64,000 nucleotides of DNA, from assembly GCA_039589315.1 (NCBI GenBank), contig JBDHHQ010000006.1:32001-96000 (forward strand), read 5' to 3'. The stretch's first letter is position 1. Each line of letters begins with the position of its first letter. The notes below the pieces were generated by a model. The model did no database searches, was not told the origin of the DNA, and saw only the letters and a list, made by a program, of their open reading frames with translations. The translations under genes were made by a program, and so were the position numbers. The stretch is from Gemmatimonadota bacterium. Its GTDB lineage: Bacteria > Gemmatimonadota > Gemmatimonadetes > Longimicrobiales > Gaopeijiaceae. Shown here one piece after another: positions 51,541 to 59,586 of the stretch.

Positions 51541-51744
51541 GACTCGGGCCTCTCCGGCGCGACGCGAGCCCTTCCGGCAGCTCGGGCCCTTCCTCCGCAG
51601 CCCAGAGCCCCTCCGCCGCGACTCGGGCCCATCCGCCGCAGCCAGAGCCCCTCCGCCGCGTCTCGGGCCCTTCTGCCGCAGCCTGGAGCACCTCCGCTGC
51701 AACTCGGGCCCTTCCGCCGCGACGGCAGCCCCTTCGCTGCAACC
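51541..51744. repeat. Degenerate ~20-bp tandem repeat, about 10 units, alternating two variants (40-bp higher-order unit)
   Basis: For example GACTCGGGCCCATCCGCCGC / AGCCAGAGCCCCTCCGCCGC / GTCTCGGGCCCTTCTGCCGC / AACTCGGGCCCTTCCGCCGC. Confidence 0.85.
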
Positions 51745-51770
51745 AGGGTGGAGGAGTGACAGTCCAAGGG

Positions 51771-51796
51771 GGGAACTCGGGGGCGGTTCGATTGTT
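51771..51796 (+). promoter_or_regulatory. ECF sigma-type promoter motif upstream of the propeller operon
   Basis: GGGAACT-N16-GTT. Confidence 0.5.
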
Positions 51797-51941
51797 ACAA
51801 CGTCCATCGTCGCATGGCAGCTTCAGCCCCTCCGCTTTCAGTCGGAACCGAGGCGGAGGCGTTTTCTTGTCGGGCCCCGGGGCCAGCACGCCCAGCGGCA
51901 CCTGTTGTTCATGAGCTTCAATCGCGTGGGGTAGGCCGATC

Positions 51942-54311
51942 GTGAGGCAATCAACGAGCATTCTGTCGGTCGCGCTGCTGGCTTCGTTGGCGGCAACGTC
52001 CGGGCTTCAGGCACAGGGGTATGGCACCTCGGTGGCGGTGGGGGAGGACGAGGTGGTCGTGGCCGAGCCCCTGGTCGAAACCGGCCCGGGAGCGGTGTTC
52101 GTGTACTCCAAGGACGGCGGCGAGTGGGTGGAGGCGCAACGGGTGGAGGCATCCGACGCCTCCCAGGGAGACCACTTCGGCAGGGCGCTGGACCTGGACG
52201 GCAACACGCTGATTGTCGGTGCCACGGTCCGGGAGAACACCCGGGGTGCCGCGTACGTGTTCGAGCGGAGCGCCGACGGAGCCTGGGCCGAATCCCAGAT
52301 TCTGCTCGCGAGCGATGGAGCCGACGGCGACGCCTTTGGCCGGGTCGTGGCCGTCGAGGGTGACGTCGCGTTGGTCTCGACATGGGGACACGCGGACGGC
52401 CAGGGCGCAGTCTACGTGTTTCGACGGGACGCCTCTGGCTCGTGGTTCGAGGACGCCAAGCTCATGGGGAGCGACATCCGGCCGAACGAGTGGTTCGGGA
52501 TGAGCCTCGCCGTTCACGGCGAGACGGTTCTGGTGGGAGCTCCACAGAAGAACGGCAACCGTGGTGCGGTCTACGTGTTCCGCCGCGACGCGGAATCGGA
52601 CGCGTGGTTGGAGGCAGCGATTCTCTCCGAGGAGCTTCCTCAGAACGCGTCGTTCGGGATGGCCGTGGCGCTCAGCGGCGGCCGCGCCCTGGTGGGGGCA
52701 CCCGGTCTCTACAGCGGAAGCGGGATCGTCTTCGACTACCGCCTCGACCCGGAGGCCGGTTGGGTGGCGACCGGCGCCCTCAGCGCGTTCGATGCAGCCC
52801 TTCCCGGCGCTCAGTTCGGCACGACGATCGTGGACAGGGGGCAGGAGGTGTGGATCTCGGCCCCTGGAGCCGTCGGCGCGTCCGGGGCCGCGTACGTCTA
52901 CCGGCGCAGTGAAGAGGGCGAGTGGCGCGGAACCGACAAGGTCATGGTGCAGAACGAGGCCGGTGACCGCTTCGCCACGACCTTGGCCGTCAACGGACAG
53001 TTGGCCGTGGCCGGCGCCGTGGGAGACGACTACGGCGCCGGCACTGCGGTCATCATCGAGCGAGGTGAGCGGGAGTGGGCCGCTGTCTCTCGTGTCTGGA
53101 GCGAGGCCCAGACCCTGGACCCGCTCCTGGGTGGCAAGATCGAGTGCTCGGACGGCAAGGCGGCCTTGTTCGACTGCTCGGACGTGGACGTCCTCTCGTT
53201 CCTGCCGGTGCGGGAGATCGGCGGCTCACGGGGTGTACAGCTCAATGACGTGTGGGGGTGGGTCGATCCGGAGACCGGTCGCGAGTACGCTCTCGTCGGG
53301 CGGATGGACGGGACGTCCTTCATCGACGTGACCGATGCCGCCAACCCCGCCTACCTGGGCAACCTCCCCAAGCCGGAGCAGGCGCGCGCCAACGTGTGGA
53401 GAGACATCAAGGTGTACGCCGACCACGCTTACGTCGTCGCCGACGGAGCAGGGGAGCACGGCATGCAGGTCTTCGACCTGCGCCAGCTTCGCGACGTCAC
53501 GGCCGGGCCTGTCACGTTTCAGGAGATCGCCCACTACGACGGAATCCACAGCGCGCACAACATCGTGATCAACGAGGACACGGGCTTCGCCTACGTCGTG
53601 GGCAGCAACGGCGGCGGCAACAGCTGCGGCGGTGGCCTCCACATGATCGACATCCGCTCTCCGTCCAATCCGGTGTTCGCCGGTTGCTTCTTCGACACCG
53701 AGACGGGGAATCAGGGCACCGGCTACAGCCACGATGCCCAGTGCGTCACCTATCACGGGCCCGACGAGGACTACCAGGGAAGCGAGATTTGCTTCGGAGC
53801 CAACGAGACCGCGCTGAGCATCGCCGACGTCACCGACAAGGCGGAACCCGTGGCGTTGGCCAGCGCCTCGTACCCGAACGTCGGGTACTCCCACCAGGGT
53901 TGGCTCGACGAGGAGCACCGGTACCTCTACATGAACGACGAGCTCGACGAGTCCGCCGGCACCGTCGTAGGCACGCGGACGTTGGTCTGGGACGTGACCG
54001 ATCTCGACGATCCCATTCTCGTGAAGGAGCACTTCGCCGAGAACGGCGCCACCGACCACAACCTGTACGTCAGGGGCGACTTGATGTACCAATCCAACTA
54101 CCTGAGCGGCCTCCGGGTGTTGGACATCAGTGATCGCGAGAATCCGGTCGAGGTCGGGTACTTCGACACGGTGCCGTGGGGGGAGGATTCGCCTGAGATG
54201 GACGGCTCGTGGAGCAACTACCCGTACTTCGCCAGCGGGACGATCGTGGTGACCAGCCAGCGGGAAGGCGTCTTCTTCCTTCAGAAACGGGAGCGGAATC
54301 TGCTGCCCTGA
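51942..54311 (+). CDS. Choice-of-anchor-B domain protein with N-terminal FG-GAP repeats, exported (paralogue 2)
   Basis: Same motifs as paralogue 1 (NDVWGWVDPETGREYA, HSAHNIVINEDTGFAY, YSHDAQC, HQGW, DHNLY, GSWSNYPYF). Confidence 0.9.
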   Translation: MRQSTSILSVALLASLAATSGLQAQGYGTSVAVGEDEVVVAEPLVETGPGAVFVYSKDGGEWVEAQRVEASDASQGDHFGRALDLDGNTLIVGATVRENTRGAAYVFERSADGAWAESQILLASDGADGDAFGRVVAVEGDVALVSTWGHADGQGAVYVFRRDASGSWFEDAKLMGSDIRPNEWFGMSLAVHGETVLVGAPQKNGNRGAVYVFRRDAESDAWLEAAILSEELPQNASFGMAVALSGGRALVGAPGLYSGSGIVFDYRLDPEAGWVATGALSAFDAALPGAQFGTTIVDRGQEVWISAPGAVGASGAAYVYRRSEEGEWRGTDKVMVQNEAGDRFATTLAVNGQLAVAGAVGDDYGAGTAVIIERGEREWAAVSRVWSEAQTLDPLLGGKIECSDGKAALFDCSDVDVLSFLPVREIGGSRGVQLNDVWGWVDPETGREYALVGRMDGTSFIDVTDAANPAYLGNLPKPEQARANVWRDIKVYADHAYVVADGAGEHGMQVFDLRQLRDVTAGPVTFQEIAHYDGIHSAHNIVINEDTGFAYVVGSNGGGNSCGGGLHMIDIRSPSNPVFAGCFFDTETGNQGTGYSHDAQCVTYHGPDEDYQGSEICFGANETALSIADVTDKAEPVALASASYPNVGYSHQGWLDEEHRYLYMNDELDESAGTVVGTRTLVWDVTDLDDPILVKEHFAENGATDHNLYVRGDLMYQSNYLSGLRVLDISDRENPVEVGYFDTVPWGEDSPEMDGSWSNYPYFASGTIVVTSQREGVFFLQKRERNLLP

Positions 54312-54336
54312 CGGGCGCAGCTTGCCGGCCGGGCCC

Positions 54337-55428
54337 ATGACCGTGAACGCATCTCACGCCTCTCTCACTGCCGGTCGACGCCGGGGCGCGGCACTGCCCA
54401 TGGCGCTCGTGGCGATGGCCGCCACAGCCCCTCTGTCCGTCTCCGGCCAAGAGGGCCCCTACCTCTACGCAGCCGGCCAAGGCGCTGCCACGGTGTCCGT
54501 CATCGACGTGGGGTCCCTCGAGGTCGTGGAGACCGTCGACCTGCGGACCCTCGGCTTCTCGGGGAACGCCAAACCTCATCACATCGTCGTCGAGCCCGAT
54601 GGGTCTGCGTGGTACCTGTCGCTCATCGGCGAGAATCGGGTGCTGAAGTTCGATCGAGACAACGCCCTCGTCGGTCAGGTGGAGCTGGAGGTACCGGGCA
54701 TGCTGGCCATCCACCCGAGGGAAGACCTCTTGTACGTGGGCCGCTCCATGAGCGCGGTGAACCCGCCTCGGCGGATCGGCATCGTCGACCGGTCGGACAT
54801 GTCCGGCGATGAACTCGACGTCCTCTTCCCGCGGCCACACGCGCTCGCCGTCCGTCCCGAAGGCGACTTCGTCTACTCCGCCAGTCTCGCGGCCAACCAG
54901 ATGGCGACCATCGAGACGGATACCGACGCAGTCACGCTGGCCGAGTTGGAGGGAGAGACCCACACCCTCGTACAGTTCGCGATCTCGCCGGACGGGAGCA
55001 CGCTGGTGGCGACCGGTCAGCTCACCGGGTTGCTCCTCGTCTTCGACCTGGCCGACCCGGCATCGCCGCGGCTCGTCGACACCATCGCGGTGGGCGCGCA
55101 CCCCTGGCACCCGGTTTTCACGCCGGACGGCCGGTACGTGTACTTCGGCAACAAGCTCGCGAACACCGTCACGGTGATCGACGTGGAGGAACGGCGCGTG
55201 GCCAAGGTGGTCGAGGGATACGGCATCTCGGAGCCCCACGGAAGCGCCGTGTCCCCGGACGGCCGCTTCGCGTTCATCGCGAGCAACAATCTGGGCGGCG
55301 CGTACGCGTCCGACGACGGGTCGAGACCCGGCACGGTAACCGTGATCGACACGTCCACCTACGAGATCGTCGCCGTGGTCGAGGTGGGAGAAAACGCCAC
55401 AGGCCTGGGGATCCGGCCTCCGTCGTGA
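54337..55428 (+). CDS. YncE/YVTN-type beta-propeller protein, His-rich, exported
   Basis: TVSVID repeats; KPHHI, RPHAL, HPWHP, EPHGS blade motifs; PDG turns. Confidence 0.85.
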   Translation: MTVNASHASLTAGRRRGAALPMALVAMAATAPLSVSGQEGPYLYAAGQGAATVSVIDVGSLEVVETVDLRTLGFSGNAKPHHIVVEPDGSAWYLSLIGENRVLKFDRDNALVGQVELEVPGMLAIHPREDLLYVGRSMSAVNPPRRIGIVDRSDMSGDELDVLFPRPHALAVRPEGDFVYSASLAANQMATIETDTDAVTLAELEGETHTLVQFAISPDGSTLVATGQLTGLLLVFDLADPASPRLVDTIAVGAHPWHPVFTPDGRYVYFGNKLANTVTVIDVEERRVAKVVEGYGISEPHGSAVSPDGRFAFIASNNLGGAYASDDGSRPGTVTVIDTSTYEIVAVVEVGENATGLGIRPPS

Positions 55429-55604
55429 GCCGGTTGGGGGACCGTGAGCCTGCGATCCCGGATCGAGTGACCCGACGAGGGCTCCGGCCGGCGCCGGCTC
55501 CATCGCCTGCCTGGTCCGCATCGCCGCCACATTGGTCCGACCCGAGTCTCGCTGCGGCGTGGTGGTCTCGACACGCAGTCGACGCTTCAACGCGACTCCA
55601 CGCC

Positions 55605-57488
55605 ATGCCATCGATGCCCCCGAGGTCCGCCGCGACTCGGTCTCGCCCGCGGCGGCTTCACCCCACTGCGCCTGCTGTCGCTCTGCCGTTTATGGCCGTG
55701 GTACTGGCCAGCTGCGCGCCGTCGACAGGTGTCGGGAGCTCAGGACCATCCCCTAGCGTCGAGACTACCGACTGGGAGCGGAGCGTCGACGGGGCATTCG
55801 CGGCGGACGAGGACGGCGTACCCTTCGCCTTTCCGTTCCTCGGGGGACTCAACGTCCCGCGGCCCCAGTTCGTCGACATCGACGCCGACGGCGACCTGGA
55901 CCTGTTCGTCCAGGAGCGCACCAACGACCTCATGTTCCTCGAGAACGTGGGCTCGGCGACGGCCGCGGTCTTCGAGTGGCGTACCGACCGGTTCATGAAT
56001 CTCGGCCTTGGTGAGTGGAACCGCTTCACGGACCTCGATGCCGACGGCGACCTGGATCTGCTGGCCGAGGAGCCGTTCAGCTACGTCCGCTACTACCGGA
56101 ATGACGGAAGCCCCCAAGCCCCGGCGTTCGTCCTGCTCCCGGACTCCGTGCTGGACGCCGAAGGGGAGCCGGTCTTCTCGGATCGGCAGAACATCCCCTC
56201 GGTGGCGGACATCGACTGCGACGGTCTCCCGGACCTGTTCCTGGGACGGGTCGAAGGGACCGTTACCCGATACGAGATGGTGCCCGGGACAGGCGCTGAT
56301 CCCCGGTTCCGCTTCGTCACTGGCCGCTTCGAGGACATCGAGATCGTGAACCAACTCGGGAGCCTGCACGGGGCCAACAGCATGGCCTTCGCCGACCATG
56401 ACGGCGACGGCGACGCGGACCTCTACTGGGGAGACTTCTTCGAGCCGGGTCTGCTCATCATCGAGAACCGGGGGTCGTGCGATGCCCCGAATCTACGGAG
56501 CGCGCCCGGTCCGGTCCCCGCCACCGCGCCCATCTCCACCAGCGGCTTCAACGCCCCCATGCCTGCGGATATCGACGGTGACGGGGACCTGGACCTCTTC
56601 GTCGGCGTGCTCGGCGGCGCGTTCAACCCCAACCGCACGGCTTCGGACAACTTCCACCTGTACGAGCGTCTGGCGGACGGCACCGTCGAGCTGCGCACGA
56701 CCCGTTACCTCGACGGCATCGATGTGGGAAGCGAGTCCCTCACCGTCCTGCGGGACCTCGACGCCGACAGCGACCTGGACCTTCTGATCTCAAACAAGAT
56801 CGACGCGCACGACCTTCAACGAGCCAGCCTCTACCGCTTCGACAACGTGGGCACGCCCACGGAGCCGAGGTTCCGCGCAGCGGGTACCTTCGACGTGGGC
56901 CGCGATTATCACATGGCGCCGGCATTCGGGGATCTGGACGGGGACGGAGACGACGACCTGCTGCTGGGAACCTGGAACAAGGGTGTGGCCCTGCTCTTGA
57001 ATGTCGGCACGCCCGAGGCTCCCCGCTTCACCGTAGCCGACTCGCAGTTCGTGAAGCTCACCCGGGGAAGCAACACCACGCCGACGCTGGGTGACCTGGA
57101 CGCCGACGGTGACCTGGACCTCGTCATCGGAGAAGCATCGGGGACGCTGAACTACTACCGGAACATCGGGTCCTCCGCCGAGCCGCGCTTCGAGTTGGTG
57201 AGCGATGAGTACGGCGGCTTCGATGTGGGTCGCCGGAGCGCTCCAACGCTGGTGGACGCTGACGGAGACCAGGACCTGGATCTGATCGTCGGACGGGAGA
57301 CGGGAGGTGTCTCGTTCTTCCGGAACGTCGGCACGCGCGCTGCTCCGGAGTTCGAGGAGGCCGAGGCGCCCGACCTGCCGCTCTGGTCCTTCGCGACTCC
57401 TTCGTTCGGTGATCTTGATGGGGACGGCGATCTGGATCTGGTGTCAGGGTCGGGAGCAGGTGGGGTGCTCTACCTGGAAGCGCGCTAG
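55605..57488 (+). CDS. FG-GAP/VCBS repeat (Ca-binding DxDxDG) lipoprotein
   Basis: About 10 DxDxDGDLDL repeats with NVGT...P.F linkers; lipobox LASC. Start could be as early as 55425. Confidence 0.85.
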   Translation: MPSMPPRSAATRSRPRRLHPTAPAVALPFMAVVLASCAPSTGVGSSGPSPSVETTDWERSVDGAFAADEDGVPFAFPFLGGLNVPRPQFVDIDADGDLDLFVQERTNDLMFLENVGSATAAVFEWRTDRFMNLGLGEWNRFTDLDADGDLDLLAEEPFSYVRYYRNDGSPQAPAFVLLPDSVLDAEGEPVFSDRQNIPSVADIDCDGLPDLFLGRVEGTVTRYEMVPGTGADPRFRFVTGRFEDIEIVNQLGSLHGANSMAFADHDGDGDADLYWGDFFEPGLLIIENRGSCDAPNLRSAPGPVPATAPISTSGFNAPMPADIDGDGDLDLFVGVLGGAFNPNRTASDNFHLYERLADGTVELRTTRYLDGIDVGSESLTVLRDLDADSDLDLLISNKIDAHDLQRASLYRFDNVGTPTEPRFRAAGTFDVGRDYHMAPAFGDLDGDGDDDLLLGTWNKGVALLLNVGTPEAPRFTVADSQFVKLTRGSNTTPTLGDLDADGDLDLVIGEASGTLNYYRNIGSSAEPRFELVSDEYGGFDVGRRSAPTLVDADGDQDLDLIVGRETGGVSFFRNVGTRAAPEFEEAEAPDLPLWSFATPSFGDLDGDGDLDLVSGSGAGGVLYLEAR

Positions 57489-57597
57489 CCGCCCCCTCCT
57501 GTCCGAATCGCACGCCAGTCGGCCACAGCCGTGCTCTCGGATCGGGCACCGTCCACTCACCAAGCGTCGTTGTCCGATCGCGCCACCCCCACTGCCC

Positions 57598-57680
57598 CGT
57601 TCTCGAAACGGTGTGCCAATCGCTCCCCGCCGCCGCGTTCTGAAATGGTGTGCCAATCGCTCCCCCTGACGCGTTCTCGA
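57598..57680. repeat. About 37-bp tandem repeat, roughly 2.3 copies
   Basis: Identical 19-mer GGTGTGCCAATCGCTCCCC at 57610 and 57647, each preceded by CGTTCT(C)GAAA. Confidence 0.8.
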
Positions 57681-57725
57681 CTCAGCCACCCGCTCACCCT
57701 ACCGCGCCCTCCGATCGCACCAGCC

Positions 57726-57751
57726 GGGAACTCCTACCCGACTTGCGCGTT
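57726..57751 (+). promoter_or_regulatory. ECF sigma-type promoter motif upstream of selenoprotein 2
   Basis: GGGAACT-N16-GTT, same spacing as 51771-51796. Confidence 0.5.
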
Positions 57752-57826
57752 CCCCGAGGGGAAGCGTGATTGCAGGTCGGTCGGTCCAAGCATACCCATC
57801 CTCGAGGGAGCCGAAGCGTGTCCACC

Positions 57827-58441
57827 ATGCGGCGATTCGTCCTGGGCGCTGCCCTTTCTATCGGGGTCGCCCTGGCTGTGGTCTGGCTCTTCACCGAGAT
57901 GAGCCCGATGGAGCTGGGGCCTGTGGATGGTCACGATCTACCCCCAACCGACCTGGAGCGGGTGGCGGTGGGGAGCGAGGCGCCGGACTTCACGTTGCGT
58001 GCCTTCCCCGAGGGAGCGGTGACCCTGTCCGACTACCGCGGCCAGAGGGATGTGGTCCTGGTCTTCTACAGGGGACACTGGTGACCGTGGTGCGCCCGTC
58101 AGTTCGGTGAACTGAGCGACCTCCTGACGCCCCAGCAGCGTGAGAACATAGAAATCGTGGCGGTCTCGATCGACGATCGGGAGCGGCAGCAGATGATGAT
58201 CGATCGTGTCCGTGAGGAGCACGGCATAGAGATCGACTACGTGCTCCTCACCGATACCGATCACCGAGTCATCAATCGGTACGGCCTCTTCAATCCCGAC
58301 GAGCCCAAGCATCGACCAGTTCCTCACCCCGCCGTCTACGTCATCGACAAGGACGGGATCGTCCGCTGGAAGTTAGTCGAGGTGAACTACAGGGTCAGAG
58401 CGGAGAACGAAGACATCCTGGCTGCCTTGGCGGACCTCTAG
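57827..58441 (+). CDS. Membrane-anchored peroxiredoxin-like (AhpC/TSA) selenoprotein with UxxC motif, Sec86
   Basis: N-terminal TM, VGSEAPDFTL, LSDYRG..VVLVFYRGHW-TGA-PWCARQFGEL, IVAVSID, LLTD, PHPAVYVIDKDGIVRW. Both ORF-track pieces are in frame; the family motif is FYRG.WCP.C. Confidence 0.9.
58099..58115 (+). promoter_or_regulatory. Candidate bacterial SECIS element 2
   Basis: TCAGTTC-GGT-GAACTGA, perfect 7-bp stem starting 15 nt after the TGA; GU at +23/+24. Confidence 0.75.
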
Positions 58442-58649
58442 CTTCCGGAGGCCGTGAGCAAGCGCCTGGCCCGGAGGCCCCGTGTACTGCTTCGCAGGCC
58501 CTGCGCCTTTCGCGGGTTCCTACGCTTCGGGGGCCTCTCGAAGCGTGAGCGGGACCGGTTCCGACGGGGCGCTGGGGTGGGCGGGTCCTTCGCCGTTGGA
58601 TGGTCTCTCCCGGTGGACGGTTTCCGCCAATCGTCGGATTGGCCTCCCT

Positions 58650-58740
58650 CATGCCTGCCCTCGGCTCACGACTCCACCAAGTTCTGCCGTCCCGAGCCAC
58701 CCTGCCCTCCGCTCACGCTCCCACCGGATCCTGCCGTCCC
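58650..58740. repeat. About 47-bp degenerate tandem repeat, 2 copies
   Basis: Minus strand GGGACGGCAGGATCCGGTGGGAGCGTGAGCGGAGGGCAGG and GGGACGGCAGAACTTGGTGGAGTCGTGAGCCGAGGGCAGG. Confidence 0.65.
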
Positions 58741-58763
58741 GCCCGGCCCTGCCTTCCCACCTC

Positions 58764-59325
58764 TCACGATTCCGAGGGCACTGATCCCAACTTGCTGAAG
58801 GCGCTTACGCTTCTGAAGGCGGCGACGGCCATGCCGAGGTCGAGGGTCTCGCCAGCCCAGAGGGGGGTGGTGGTGAAGGGGTCGGGCACGATACCCCGGC
58901 TGCGGTGTTCGGCGAGGAGGTGCGCCCCCGGCCGATCCGGCAGCCTCGGCACGGGCGCCGAGGTGGGGAGGATCCGTCTTCTGGCCGGTAGGACGTGACG
59001 CCGCGCCCCGGCTCGGGCTCCACCCGGAAGCCGTCGTCGTGCGCGGCTCGGTGATGACGCCGGCAGAGCAGCACGAGGTTGCCGAGGCGCGTGGCACCGC
59101 CATCGGCCCAGTGCGTGACGTGATGGGCGTCGCAGAAGCGGAGGCCGCAGCCCGGGAAGCGGCATCCCCGGTCCCGGTGGTCCAGAGCCCGGCGCAGGGC
59201 CGGCGGCACGGTACGGGTCTTCCGGCCCACGTCCAGCAGCGCACCGTCGGGGGGCGTGCGTCATGACGACCAGGCCGGTCGCACGCCGAGCGCCGAGACG
59301 TTTCCGCGGAAACGCGCACGCCAGG
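58764..59325 (-). pseudogene. DUF222-HNH endonuclease remnant, 5'-truncated and multiply frameshifted
   Basis: GVRVSAETSRRSACD | GLVVMTHAP | DGALLDVGRKTRTVPPALRRALDHRDRGCRFPGC..FCDAHH..HWADGG.T.LGNLVLLCRRHH | RILP...TPLWAGETLDLGMAV, spread over three frames. Confidence 0.8.
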
Positions 59326-59429
59326 GTCGGGAGACAGGGGGCGATCGCGAGCATCCGGGCAACCGTCGCTCCCGCAACCGCATCTACACGTGTAGTTGCT
59401 CGAATGGCTGGCCGCCCGAAGGAAGGTTG

Positions 59430-59570
59430 GGGTGTGCGACGGTGGGCTCGGGTGCGCGACAGCAGGCCACGGTTGCGCGATGGTCCCCCAGAGCGTGGGA
59501 CACCAGGCCGAAGCTGTGCGACAGTGGACCCGGAGCGTGGGACACCCGGTGCGAGCATGGGACGACACCT
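59430..59570. repeat. Degenerate ~20-22-bp tandem repeat tract
   Basis: Recurring GTGCGAC/GCGCGAC/GTGGGAC cores about 21 nt apart; GAGCGTGGGACACC occurs twice. Confidence 0.55.
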
Positions 59571-59586
59571 GACCGCGAGGACCGAC

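Noticed and set aside
51541..51744. Possible CRISPR array (also 57598-57680 and 60944-61004)
   Set aside because: Units are contiguous and degenerate with no unique 25-45 nt spacers; there are no cas genes in the window.
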